Below are positions 20,703-31,043 of a stretch of DNA of 64,000 nt, piece by piece. The notes under the pieces were generated by a model that saw nothing but the letters and a program-made list of their open reading frames with translations, was not told where the DNA came from and did not search any database. A program made the translations under genes and the position numbers. This stretch comes from SAR202 cluster bacterium (GTDB lineage Bacteria; Chloroflexota; Dehalococcoidia; UBA6926; VFHL01), in NCBI GenBank assembly GCA_009392005.1, contig VFHL01000005.1, positions 49,643 through 113,642 of the forward strand, in the 5' to 3' direction. Each line of letters starts with the position of its first letter. Position 1 is the first letter of the stretch.

Positions 20703-23093
20703 TTGAAGTTGGCTGAACTCGATTCATTAAGTGGTATACGCGTTCTTGAGATTGGTGGTCAAGCAGTCGAGCATTGTGGACGACTTCTGGCTGATTTAGG
20801 AGCGGAGGTAATAAAAGTTGAGCCTCCGAATGGTGCTCTTTCGCGGTCTCTTGCGCCGTTTGCAGGTGATCTAGTTGATACTGAGCGTAGTTTGTACTTC
20901 TTGAATGCAAATTCCAATAAGAAAAGCGTAGTACTTGATTTGGCGAATGAACAAGATCGAGTACGACTTAAAAACCTCGTTGGTCGGTCAGATGTGGTCC
21001 TTGAAGACTTTATACCTGGCTACTTGGATTCTCTTGACCTTGGTTTTGATTCTCTCAAGGGAATGAATCAAAACATCGTATTAACTTCTATTACTGGTTT
21101 TGGACAGATAGGACCGTTTGCAAAATTCCAATCGAATGATCTAGTTGCGGGCGCCATGGGCGGGATTATGAGTATTCAAGGAGATCCGGATTATCCTCCT
21201 TGCAACACGCCATTAGAGTTAGGTTATCAACTTGCAGGGGTTCATGGAGCGATAGGCACACTCGCTGCATTGTTCGATCAAAGAGTGGATGGAAATGGTT
21301 GCCACGTTGATGTTTCTATTCAAGATGTGATTGGCCATATCCAATTCGCAATTCATCGATATTCCATGGATTATGAAATTACGAAGCCGACAGAACGTGG
21401 TGTTGCTGGGATTGAGGCATATCCAACAAAGGATGGTTGGGCACACATTTATAGCCGGCGATGGGAATGGATTGTGGACTGGATTAATGATCCAGTCCTG
21501 AACGAATCTCGATGGGAAGACCGGCAATATCGAGCTGATAATTCTCACGAAGCTCATCAAATTATTGAAGACTTCACCCGGAAGTTCACCTCGATTGAAT
21601 TGATGGAACAAGGCCAAGAACGGGGTATCCCCATTGCACCGCTTAATTCTATGGAAGATTTCGCGAAAAGCATACACTTGCGAGAACGGGGGTTTTTTAA
21701 AGATGCGAAACATCCCGTGATCGGTGATTACAGTTATCCTGGCCCACCGTACATCCTGACACAAACGCCTGTACATGTTCATAAAACAGCGCCTCTTTTG
21801 GGAGAACATGATTCATTGTTGGATCAAATTTTACGTGAAGGCCCCAAGGATACGCGTCGTCGGCCCGCACGTTCAAAGGAAATGCCAAAGACGATGCAAG
21901 ATATTCGTGTATTGGACTTCACAATAGCGTTTGCTGGACCTTACGCTACACGGTATCTTGCCGAACTTGGAGCAGAAGTCATTAAAGTTGAATCGATGAA
22001 ATTTGCGGGTGGCACGAGTGAAGCAGCTGAATTCCGTCTGCAGCATCCTGGGGGGCGTACTGGCAATTTCAACGAGATTAATAGAAGTAAGCGTAGCATC
22101 GCTTTGGATTTGCACTTTTCTGAAGCGCAAGAGATTGCCTTAGAACTAGTAAAGAAAAGTGATGTAGTAATAGACAATTTTAGCCCTGGCACATTGCAAA
22201 AGTGGAATTTGGGTTATGACGATATCAAAAAAGTAAAACCAGACATTATTATGGTGGAAATGCCCGGGTTTGGCTCTTCTGGACCTTATGGTCACTATGT
22301 TAGCCTAGGTCAAACTTTAACATCCTATTGTGGCATGATGCGTCTTTGGGGTCATCCGTCATCTCCAGAGAACATGCGCTCCAAAATAGCGCATCCTGAT
22401 TGGGTCGCTGCGGCGCATTCTGTAACTGCTATTCTTGCTTCTTTAAATTATCGTGATCAAACTGGTCTAGGGCAATATATTGAGTTGCCCCAGATTGAGA
22501 CGGCAGCGACAATGATGGGCGCTGCATTTCTAGATTATTTTGTTAATGGCCGGGTGGCAGAGCCAATAGGTAACCATCATCCGTCGTTTTCACCGTATAA
22601 TTCATATCCATGTGAAGGCGATGATCGCTGGTGTGTGATAGCTGTAGAAACTGATGAGCAGTGGACAGCGCTAATTCAGGCGACTGAAATTAATGAATGG
22701 GCAGATGATCCAAGATTTAAAGATCGGTTTGGGCGGAAGTCACATGAAATAGATATCGATAAGCGATTAAGCGAATGGACTAGACGCCATAGCCCGAGTC
22801 AAATAATGTATTTACTGCAAAAGGTTGGAGTGCCTGCTGGATTAGTTCAGGATGCAGAAGATCTCTATCGAGATTATCATTTGCGTGAAAAGGGATACTT
22901 GATTGAAGTGGAACAGCCATTCACGGGTAAGGTCATAAACCCAGGTGCGACAATTCGGCTGGGTGGATTACCTGAAGTGAAGCCAAGAGGTGCTCCTTTT
23001 TTGGGGCAAGATAACGCAGATGTTTATTCGGAATTGCTTGGCCTCTCCGCAGAGATGATAGAAGAATATACGGATAAAGGCTTTTTCGTTTAA
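20703..23093 (+). CDS. Two-domain (fused) class III CoA-transferase
   Basis: Two CaiB modules: LADLGAEVIKVE..NSNKKS and LAELGAEVIKVE..NRSKRS. Confidence 0.9.
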   Translation: MKLAELDSLSGIRVLEIGGQAVEHCGRLLADLGAEVIKVEPPNGALSRSLAPFAGDLVDTERSLYFLNANSNKKSVVLDLANEQDRVRLKNLVGRSDVVLEDFIPGYLDSLDLGFDSLKGMNQNIVLTSITGFGQIGPFAKFQSNDLVAGAMGGIMSIQGDPDYPPCNTPLELGYQLAGVHGAIGTLAALFDQRVDGNGCHVDVSIQDVIGHIQFAIHRYSMDYEITKPTERGVAGIEAYPTKDGWAHIYSRRWEWIVDWINDPVLNESRWEDRQYRADNSHEAHQIIEDFTRKFTSIELMEQGQERGIPIAPLNSMEDFAKSIHLRERGFFKDAKHPVIGDYSYPGPPYILTQTPVHVHKTAPLLGEHDSLLDQILREGPKDTRRRPARSKEMPKTMQDIRVLDFTIAFAGPYATRYLAELGAEVIKVESMKFAGGTSEAAEFRLQHPGGRTGNFNEINRSKRSIALDLHFSEAQEIALELVKKSDVVIDNFSPGTLQKWNLGYDDIKKVKPDIIMVEMPGFGSSGPYGHYVSLGQTLTSYCGMMRLWGHPSSPENMRSKIAHPDWVAAAHSVTAILASLNYRDQTGLGQYIELPQIETAATMMGAAFLDYFVNGRVAEPIGNHHPSFSPYNSYPCEGDDRWCVIAVETDEQWTALIQATEINEWADDPRFKDRFGRKSHEIDIDKRLSEWTRRHSPSQIMYLLQKVGVPAGLVQDAEDLYRDYHLREKGYLIEVEQPFTGKVINPGATIRLGGLPEVKPRGAPFLGQDNADVYSELLGLSAEMIEEYTDKGFFV

Positions 23094-23120
23094 TTTAATG
23101 ATTATCAGGAATGTAGATCA

Positions 23121-23852
23121 ATGATCCCGTTATCTGATGCAAATGGGTATCACCAAATACGTCCATACGTGACTTGGACATTCATTATCCTTAATGCATT
23201 TGTTTTCTTTTTCCAAATGCTTTTCGCTGATAAGGCAACTTTTTTTTACACTTTTGGGATGATTCCTTCAGAACTAACGGAAGGAATTTCATATAGATTC
23301 TTGGACAGTTCTCAAGGCCTTTTGGATATAGAAACGCCGTTTCCCACGTGGGGCACTTTGATCTCATCAATTTTCATTCATGGCGGCTTCTTACATTTTG
23401 GGAGCAACATGCTGTACCTTTGGATTTTTGGAGACAACATCGAAAATTGGTTAGGGCATACCAAATTTTTGATTCTGTATTTGGTTTTTGGCTTAGCGGG
23501 GTCTGGTGCACATGTGATGGCGGATTCCAGTGGGATGGTGCCTGTTATTGGTGCGAGTGGGGCAATAGCCGGAGTCCTCGGTGCATATATTGTTTTATTT
23601 CCAAAGAATCGCGTTAACACTCTAGTAATGTTCTATTTCATAACAATGGCTCGGATTCCTGCAGTATTCGTCTTGGGTGGATGGTTTGTTTTGCAACTGG
23701 TGAGTGGTTTAGGATCATTGGCGAACACAGGATCGGGTGGCGTTGCTTATTGGGCTCATGTTGGAGGATTTGTTGCCGGGTTGCTAGTTGCGTATGTGGG
23801 GAAACGTTTCTTCCCGCCGTCCTTACGATTTTCTGATATTAACCGTTTGTGA
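23121..23852 (+). CDS. Rhomboid intramembrane serine protease
   Basis: HGGFLH..NM..LWIFGDNIE, GASGAIAG (catalytic Ser) and AYWAHVGG (His). Confidence 0.93.
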   Translation: MIPLSDANGYHQIRPYVTWTFIILNAFVFFFQMLFADKATFFYTFGMIPSELTEGISYRFLDSSQGLLDIETPFPTWGTLISSIFIHGGFLHFGSNMLYLWIFGDNIENWLGHTKFLILYLVFGLAGSGAHVMADSSGMVPVIGASGAIAGVLGAYIVLFPKNRVNTLVMFYFITMARIPAVFVLGGWFVLQLVSGLGSLANTGSGGVAYWAHVGGFVAGLLVAYVGKRFFPPSLRFSDINRL

Positions 23853-23881
23853 GATTTAGAGATAAATGACAGCGATAAAAA

Positions 23882-25309
23882 CTACCTACGCCTGAAATAC
23901 GGTGAGCAAAAAGCATTCTCACAGTGGGCGACTTTCAGTTCTTCGTTCGTGTAGTCATAATAGCTGATAAGCCCATTTCCATCGGTCCCGATCGTCATTG
24001 ATGAATAAGCTCCGACATTCCCCTCCGTATCAACCGAAGATATTGTGATAGAGTTGCAGCCGATATCCACACAATGACCGACCATCAAATCATCTTTGGT
24101 GAAATCGTAATAGCTTAAAACTCCTAGCCCATCGGCACCAATTGTTATCGACGATTCTCTAATGAATCTTCCTGTCCTGATTAAAGTGGATGTTGTACCG
24201 CTGGAACATGCCCTGTTGGTACAATGGGCGATTTTGAGGTCGTCTGTCTCAGAGTCGTAATAGCTAATGAGGCCTTGGCCATCTTTTCCAATGACTAATG
24301 ATGGCCACGGGCCAACTACTGACTCATCGTCAAGAGTTGTGATTATCGCTTTTGTGCATGTCGTGTTTTCGCAATGAGCAATTTTGAGTGCATTGTTGGT
24401 GGAATCAGCGTATGCGATTAGCCCTAGGCCATCAGCACCGATTACTATTGACGAGTATGCGCCAACATTCCCGTTAGGATCAACTACTGTTGTAGTTGCT
24501 GACGAGCAAAGAGTGTTCTCGCAGTGCGCGACTTTGAGGTCATCACTAGTTGCATCGTAATAGCTAATCAGCCCTAGCCCATCTGCACCTATAGTGATTG
24601 AAGATCTCGCTCCCATATTGCCTTCAGAGTCTAGATTGGCAATCGTGTTTTCTGAACAAGTAATGTTTTCACAATGAGCGATTTTGAGGTCGTCTGCCGT
24701 TGCATCGTAATAACTGATTAGCCCAAATCCATCGCGGCCAATTGTGATTGCAGAGTAGGGTCCGACGTTACCTGAATTGTCGATGGTATTTACCGTGACT
24801 GATGAACATTCGATATTTTCGCAATGCGCAACTTCTAAGTAATGGTTAGCTGAATCGTAGTAGCTGATCAGGCCTAATCCATCTGAACCAATCGTAATAG
24901 ATGATTGCGCCCCAACTTTTGTCTCCGTTTTTAGCGTATTGATTGTGTTTGGTTTTGGGCGCGATCTGTCGTCAAGGTTTCCTTGTGGACCTTGGACGCC
25001 TTGTACTCCTTGTGGTCCTGTATCACCGACTGGTCCAGCCGGACCTTGGACGCCTTGTACTCCTTGTGGTCCTGTATCACCGACTGGTCCAGCCGGACCT
25101 TGGACACCTTGTGCTCCCTGTGAGCCAGCATTACCGACTGGTCCAGCCGGACCTTGTTCGCCCTGCATACCCTGAGGTCCAGCCTGCCCTTGTGGTCCAC
25201 TAGGCCCCTGGACACCGTCAGTGTTTTTTAAAGCATTTTGAGATCCGGTGCATGAAAGTGATACAGAAATGCATACCGTGGAAATGAAGAACAATATCAA
25301 GATTTTCAT
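23882..25309 (-). CDS. Secreted or lipoprotein collagen-like protein with seven ~50-aa Cys-containing repeats
   Basis: Signal peptide ending SLSC; 27 Gly-X-Y triplets; seven repeats of SITIGxDGLGLISYYD...LKxAHCxNxxCS. Confidence 0.85.
   Translation of the reverse strand: MKILILFFISTVCISVSLSCTGSQNALKNTDGVQGPSGPQGQAGPQGMQGEQGPAGPVGNAGSQGAQGVQGPAGPVGDTGPQGVQGVQGPAGPVGDTGPQGVQGVQGPQGNLDDRSRPKPNTINTLKTETKVGAQSSITIGSDGLGLISYYDSANHYLEVAHCENIECSSVTVNTIDNSGNVGPYSAITIGRDGFGLISYYDATADDLKIAHCENITCSENTIANLDSEGNMGARSSITIGADGLGLISYYDATSDDLKVAHCENTLCSSATTTVVDPNGNVGAYSSIVIGADGLGLIAYADSTNNALKIAHCENTTCTKAIITTLDDESVVGPWPSLVIGKDGQGLISYYDSETDDLKIAHCTNRACSSGTTSTLIRTGRFIRESSITIGADGLGVLSYYDFTKDDLMVGHCVDIGCNSITISSVDTEGNVGAYSSMTIGTDGNGLISYYDYTNEELKVAHCENAFCSPYFRRR
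24987..25148. repeat. 54-bp tandem repeat in the collagen domain (two exact copies plus one diverged)
   Basis: GGACCTTGGACGCCTTGTACTCCTTGTGGTCCTGTATCACCGACTGGTCCAGCC at 24987 and 25041; variant copy at 25095. Confidence 0.92.
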
Positions 25310-25385
25310 GTCTAATATTGACTGCGCTACTGGATTCAAAAGAATGCAGTAGGTGTGACCTTGCGTCTACAGACCTCCCATTTTA

Positions 25386-26297
25386 TTACCGTGTACGTTG
25401 GAATTTCTGTACTCGTCGACCCTCTAGTACTTCGGATACGTAAAGGTCACCGTGAGAATCTGCCCAGATGCCATGAGGCGCCCAAAATTCCCCCGAAGTA
25501 TGGCTACGTTCTCCGCCCCATCGAGCTAAGAGGTTGCCATCGAGATCCAAGATGCTCACCCTCGCACCCAATTCCGCGACATAAACAATGTCATTCGCGA
25601 TGAATATTTTGCATGGCTGAAGAAAACCTGGCCAAGTATCAAGATGTTGGCCCTTTAGAGTGAAGACTTGCAAGCGATTGTTTTGTCGGTCAGCAACGTA
25701 GATACGATCGTTATATTGCCATACGCTATGCACTAATCGGAATTCTCCTGGTCCTTCCCCAGGATCTCCCCAAGAAAATAAAAGATTCCCTTCAGTTGAG
25801 AATTTATGGACACGGCAATTACGGTATCCATCAGATACATATAAATCTCCATTAGATGCCAATGAAATATCTGTCGGATGGTGGAACGGTGGGCCCGGCC
25901 TCGTAACAACCGGATTATCCGATGTATAGCCCGTATCTGATGGCTGGTCTCTGTTCCCCAGTGTAAAGATAAGTTCTCGGTCTTTATTGAATTTCATGAC
26001 TACTTGAGGATTCCGGTCAACGAAATAAAGAGAGTCATCCTCGCCAATGCATAATCCATGAGCATCTTCGAAGATACCTTCGCCCCATGAATCTATGAAT
26101 CGGCCATTTCGGTCAAAGACCATGACAGGATGTTCCGTTCGTGTGAATACATGAACCTGATCTTTAGAGTCGACTGCGACAGCGCCGGCTTGTCCCCACT
26201 CCCATCCATCGGGAAGGTCACCCCAACCCTCTAGGACTTCATACTGAAAGTCACCGGACTTAGTTGTCATATCGTGATTCCTTCCATCACTAACCAT
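25386..26297 (-). CDS. NHL-repeat beta-propeller (peptidyl-alpha-hydroxyglycine lyase-like)
   Basis: Repeats FHHPTDI, YVSDGYRNCRVHKF, YVADRQNNRLQVF and FWAPHGI. Confidence 0.85.
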   Translation of the reverse strand: MVSDGRNHDMTTKSGDFQYEVLEGWGDLPDGWEWGQAGAVAVDSKDQVHVFTRTEHPVMVFDRNGRFIDSWGEGIFEDAHGLCIGEDDSLYFVDRNPQVVMKFNKDRELIFTLGNRDQPSDTGYTSDNPVVTRPGPPFHHPTDISLASNGDLYVSDGYRNCRVHKFSTEGNLLFSWGDPGEGPGEFRLVHSVWQYNDRIYVADRQNNRLQVFTLKGQHLDTWPGFLQPCKIFIANDIVYVAELGARVSILDLDGNLLARWGGERSHTSGEFWAPHGIWADSHGDLYVSEVLEGRRVQKFQRTR

Positions 26298-26419
26298 GAT
26301 TGGTTCGCCTCACGCGGCAAATTGGAGCCATTGTACCATTCCTTGAAATTAGCTAGCGGAGGAAAAGATGTATTGCTACGATTTTAAAGTCCTCTGGAAC
26401 AGGAGTAGTAATGATCCCT

Positions 26420-28189
26420 CTAAATGATGCGTTTTAGAGAGGTATTCCAAGAGGGCATTAGTTCTAATGACAACCCTTCCAATAAATAGGACGAAATGTC
26501 TTGAATTATGTTATTAACGTTATCGTCAATTATACGCTTTGTCTGTTGCAGGGAAGCCAAAACTGGTTCGTATCGCTGGATATAAATCTTTAATTTCGGT
26601 TCTGTGCCGGAAGGCCGGATAGTGATGCGCGATCGACTATCATCCAGAAGCTCAAATGAAATGATATCGTTGGATCCACCAATAGAATAAGATTCGGGGC
26701 TCAAATTCGCGACTCCTAATAAATCTTTGACTCCTATAATGCTCAATCCTCCAAGATTTTTTGGTGGATTTTTCCTCAGATTCATCATGATTTCGGTCAT
26801 GGTTTGTCTTCCCAACTTACCTGGAAGCTCGATCAATAACTGTGCATTTTTATAGTATCCGTATTTTTCGTACAGCTCGTCCAAATATTGCGAGACAGTT
26901 TTTCCGTCATCCTTTAGTGATGAAACCATTTCACTTGTAAGTAACGCCCCAATTGATGCGTCCTTGTCTCGCACAAAATTTCCGGTTAAGTATCCTAAGC
27001 TTTCTTCTGCAGCAAAAATAAAATCGTCTTTGTTTGCCATTTCGCCAATAGTTTTTGCAATGAATTTGAATCCTACCAAGAGGTCAGATTTCACGTTCAC
27101 ATCAAAACTTTTTGCAATATCCGAAATCAAATTAGTCGTTACTAGTGTCTCAAGAACTAAGCCGTTTTTTGGTAATCGATTTGCACGTTTTCGCTCAGTC
27201 AATATGAAGTGAATTAAAGCTGCTCCAACTTGGTTTCCGGTCAGGATTTCCAATTTGTTTGATTCCAAATCTTTTTTTGCTGCTACGCCAATTCGATCAG
27301 CATCAGGATCAGAACATATTGCTACGTCAGCCCCTATTTGTTCAGCCAACTGTACGGGTTGTTCCATAACTTCTTTATATTCAGGATTGATAAGGTCACC
27401 TGGTGCCGTTGGGAATGTTTCATCTGGTTCTTTTTGTGTGTTAACGTCTGTGACATTGAATTGTTCTTCGCGTAGAACCGGCGTGACGTTAGTTGATCCA
27501 GCGCCGTGTATTGGGCTGAAAACAATGATTGCTGAACGTGACTGACTGACTGATACTGAACGGACATTATCTATGTATTCTCTATCGACTTCTTCGCCTA
27601 CTGTCTGAACAAAGCCTCTTTCACGAGCCGTTTTTAGCGGTAAGCGATCGATCTTTTCGACGCCGTTCACAAGATTCATAAATTGGTTGTCTAGTGGAGC
27701 GACGACTTGTCCGCCGTCAGACCAGTAAAACTTAAATCCATTGTCGGTGCGAGGATTATGTGAAGCAGTAATTTGGACTCCTGCTGTTGCTTCTAAATGA
27801 CGTACAGCAAATGATATTTCGGGGGTTGAGCGCATGCTGTTAAAGAGGTAAGAATTAATCCCATTCGCGGCAAAAATTTCGCAACTCAGTTCAGCGAATG
27901 CCCTAGATTCACGGCGTGCTTCATGGCCAACTACTACACCGTTCGATTTTGCGGATTGTCCGTATTCGTTTATAAAAAAGCAGAGCCCTTGAGCAGCCTC
28001 CCCAATTGTACGGCTATTGATCCGATTCGGCCCTATCCCTAATGGTCCCCTAATTCCACCTGTACCAATCATCACATGCATGTAAAAAGCGTCTTCGATT
28101 TCAGGCCAGGCTGCATTTTTTAGCAGAGTTGTCAGTGCCGGAATAAATTCGCTGTATGCGGGGTTTTCTAACCATTCAATCAGATTCAC
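26420..28189 (-). CDS. Phosphoglucomutase/phosphomannomutase
   Basis: GTGGIRG, TASHNP, DPDADR, AEES.GY and RPSGTEPK. True start may lie upstream (see findings). Confidence 0.93.
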   Translation of the reverse strand: MNLIEWLENPAYSEFIPALTTLLKNAAWPEIEDAFYMHVMIGTGGIRGPLGIGPNRINSRTIGEAAQGLCFFINEYGQSAKSNGVVVGHEARRESRAFAELSCEIFAANGINSYLFNSMRSTPEISFAVRHLEATAGVQITASHNPRTDNGFKFYWSDGGQVVAPLDNQFMNLVNGVEKIDRLPLKTARERGFVQTVGEEVDREYIDNVRSVSVSQSRSAIIVFSPIHGAGSTNVTPVLREEQFNVTDVNTQKEPDETFPTAPGDLINPEYKEVMEQPVQLAEQIGADVAICSDPDADRIGVAAKKDLESNKLEILTGNQVGAALIHFILTERKRANRLPKNGLVLETLVTTNLISDIAKSFDVNVKSDLLVGFKFIAKTIGEMANKDDFIFAAEESLGYLTGNFVRDKDASIGALLTSEMVSSLKDDGKTVSQYLDELYEKYGYYKNAQLLIELPGKLGRQTMTEIMMNLRKNPPKNLGGLSIIGVKDLLGVANLSPESYSIGGSNDIISFELLDDSRSRITIRPSGTEPKLKIYIQRYEPVLASLQQTKRIIDDNVNNIIQDISSYLLEGLSLELMPSWNTSLKRII

Positions 28190-28431
28190 AAAAGCGGAAT
28201 CAGAGAGGTGATTCCTATTGTCGTGAACAAGGTTGATGAACTCTCTCGTATTTTGGCTGAACTCATTCAGGTGACTGTCCTTGTACCTTTCCAGATCACA
28301 TGCAACGTGTGTTATCGAGATTAGATCATGTGGAGAGTGGCTTGCACTAGATGGGACAAAACCGACGGGTACACAAAGAGAGATCCATTTGTTCGCTCCA
28401 AAGCAATCTTGAGCATTGTATCTGTTGAAGC

Positions 28432-30840
28432 TTAGATGCTTGTTACTCGTGCTAGGCCACTTGCTGTTGAGAATTTGTCATTATGGAGGGTAGGGGTGCC
28501 CGGGTGATCTGTGTCGGGTACTGGCCACTGTACGCCAGTAAATTCAGAATCAAGTCGCTCAAACGAAAGGCCTTTATAAGTTTCAACATTATTTGCAATG
28601 TCATCAAATACTGATGATGCGCTCGAATAGTCAAACTCAGCGGAACCCATATTTGTAGCTATTTCTTTTACAATCTCCCATACTGGTTTCGTTTCCCCAG
28701 CCGGCTGTAAGCTTGCTCGAATTCTTTGCACGCGTCTCTCTGAGTTAGTATATGTACCATCACGTTCCATGAATGAAGTTGTGGGCAGAACTACGTCAGC
28801 AAGTTCGCTGATAATACTGGGTGCCAGTGAGACTGCTGCAAGAAATTCCAGTTTTGGCAATGTATTTTTCAGGCGTGTGATCATTGCATCAGGAAGTTCT
28901 TGCTCAACCCTATCCTCAAGGGATGTCGGCGTAAAAGATGTGGACGTTGATAAGTCACCAACCCACAGAAGAGAGGTGATATTTCCCGATTCAATGCCGT
29001 CAAGAATTGCTTCAAAATCATTCTCTGTGTCGCGAGGTGCAGCGCCGATGTCTTGTATTCCCTGTGAATTTCCTTGTGGGAGAAAGATGTGAACACCGGA
29101 GGAACCATTGCCGACACCGCCCGTTACCAACGCAAGGTTTGTTAGCATTGCGGCTATGCCTTTTGAATCAGAACTTGGATCTACAGCATATACAATCGAA
29201 CTGGGAGTGCTAGAAGCATAACTGCGTGCCGCCTTTTGAATTAAATCGACTGAAATACCGGTTTCACTTGAGACTACATCTAGTTTTATAGATGCAACGG
29301 ATTCTCGCAAGGACTGAATGTTTTCCACCCTTTTTTCTATGAATTCTTGATCAATGAGATCTTCATCGAAAACCACCTTTAACATTCCACGCAAAAATGC
29401 TAGTTCGGTTCCATTATTGAGCTGAAGATTTTGAGTTGCTGCTCGACTAATTTCTGGATATGTGGTCGATGTAACGGAAATCAAATCTGCATCGACGTAA
29501 TTCACAGCTTTGTGGATTTGGTAAGCCGCTACGGGGTGAGTTGAATTGAGGTCTGCGCCCATGAAGAGAATTGACTTTGACTTAGAGATATCTTTAATCT
29601 CATTTGTTGAAACACCTATACCAACAGCATTCGCCATTTCGTTGATTGCTGGTGACAAAGCCCGAGGTACGTTGTCAATATTGTTAGAACCTTGTACTTG
29701 CCTCGCTAGCTTTTGAAGTAGATAGGCATCTTCGTTTGAACTGGTTCCTGTCGTGATCAGAGCGAATTTTTCTCCATTGTTTTTGGTTAGCGCGTCAGAT
29801 ATAAAGCCTAGAGCGACATCCCAAGAAGAAGGATTGGCCGAAGTATTCTGGCGTATCAAAGGTACGAGAAAACGGTCTTCACGCCTTGTTGAATCCGTAA
29901 GTTGGAACTTACCCTTCACGCACGCGAGTCCACCATTTGCGCCACCATCAAGATCTGGGACGACTCGTAATACTTTTTCTCCCTGCATTTCGACAGTTAG
30001 CTGACAGCCTATTTCGCATTGATCACACACTGTTGTTACGGTGTGAGAAGGCAATCCTGCCCATTTGTTATCTTTCTCTGTCAGCGCGCCAACAGGGCAT
30101 GCATCCACACATGCTCCACAATGGATGCAGCCTGACGCAGCGTCAGATAATGGAAGATCAAAAGGCGTCCCGGGCAGCACCCTATCTCCTCGCTGAACCA
30201 TGCTGATGGCGTCTGCGCCAACTACTTCATTACAAACCCGAACACATCGAACACATGCTATACACAGATTGTAATCTCGATCAAAGAAGGGATCTTCGTC
30301 TCGGATCGGCAGGGCTCGATAGCCATAGTCGTAAATTGATTCATCAACCCCGGTGATTTCAACTACCGCTTGTAATTCACAGCGCTGGTTTTGCGGGCAA
30401 ACAACACATCGGTCAGTTACCGACACATTGCGTAGACAAATATCGGTTGGACCGCAATGAGTTATTCGATCACAGGTTAGGCATCCATGAGGATGCTCAC
30501 TCATGAGCAGGCCAAGCACACCTTTTCGTAGATCAACGACTTCTGGAGTATTGGTTCGCACTGACTGGCTTACCATTGTCCCTCGCTCAGCTGGTGGCGG
30601 GGCTGGAACTGGATCTGCTGGTGTGACACATGACGCTAGGAATTGGCGGCGTCCTTCAGGTTGCACAACGCACATTCTGCAAGCACCATACGCTTTAAGT
30701 TTTGGATCCCAACATAATGTTGGTATGTAAATTCCTGCACTTTTAGCGGCCTCAAGTATGGTTGTGCCGCGAGGAACCGTGACCTCTTGGTTATCAATCA
30801 TGATTGTGATCATGTTTGGTGGGGCTTCAGTTGTCGTCAT
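28432..30840 (-). CDS. NuoG/FdhF-like Fe-S and molybdopterin-fold protein
   Basis: 2Fe-2S motif (IPTLC..GACRMC..C), CIACVRCVRVC, CIHCGACVDACP, CDQCEIGC..C and ERDGTYTNSERRVQ. Confidence 0.85.
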   Translation of the reverse strand: MTTTEAPPNMITIMIDNQEVTVPRGTTILEAAKSAGIYIPTLCWDPKLKAYGACRMCVVQPEGRRQFLASCVTPADPVPAPPPAERGTMVSQSVRTNTPEVVDLRKGVLGLLMSEHPHGCLTCDRITHCGPTDICLRNVSVTDRCVVCPQNQRCELQAVVEITGVDESIYDYGYRALPIRDEDPFFDRDYNLCIACVRCVRVCNEVVGADAISMVQRGDRVLPGTPFDLPLSDAASGCIHCGACVDACPVGALTEKDNKWAGLPSHTVTTVCDQCEIGCQLTVEMQGEKVLRVVPDLDGGANGGLACVKGKFQLTDSTRREDRFLVPLIRQNTSANPSSWDVALGFISDALTKNNGEKFALITTGTSSNEDAYLLQKLARQVQGSNNIDNVPRALSPAINEMANAVGIGVSTNEIKDISKSKSILFMGADLNSTHPVAAYQIHKAVNYVDADLISVTSTTYPEISRAATQNLQLNNGTELAFLRGMLKVVFDEDLIDQEFIEKRVENIQSLRESVASIKLDVVSSETGISVDLIQKAARSYASSTPSSIVYAVDPSSDSKGIAAMLTNLALVTGGVGNGSSGVHIFLPQGNSQGIQDIGAAPRDTENDFEAILDGIESGNITSLLWVGDLSTSTSFTPTSLEDRVEQELPDAMITRLKNTLPKLEFLAAVSLAPSIISELADVVLPTTSFMERDGTYTNSERRVQRIRASLQPAGETKPVWEIVKEIATNMGSAEFDYSSASSVFDDIANNVETYKGLSFERLDSEFTGVQWPVPDTDHPGTPTLHNDKFSTASGLARVTSI

Positions 30841-31043
30841 GAATCCTCCTGGGCCAGCTTTGATCAATTCTATAGATTGCCATTATACCGGGTAAGTCGC
30901 AGTCGCGTAAGTTGTAATTTGCAAATTTTTGGCGGCAGCTGATACCTTCTTGAAACACATTACTGGTATAAATAATACGACTTCTGTAGCACCCTTGCTG
31001 GATAACTGTTATGCTCAAGACATTAAAAATTGAGGTTTATTGT

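Noticed and set aside
24987-25148. Direct repeats that might suggest a CRISPR array
   Set aside because: No spacers; they are in-frame collagen coding repeats, and no cas genes are present.
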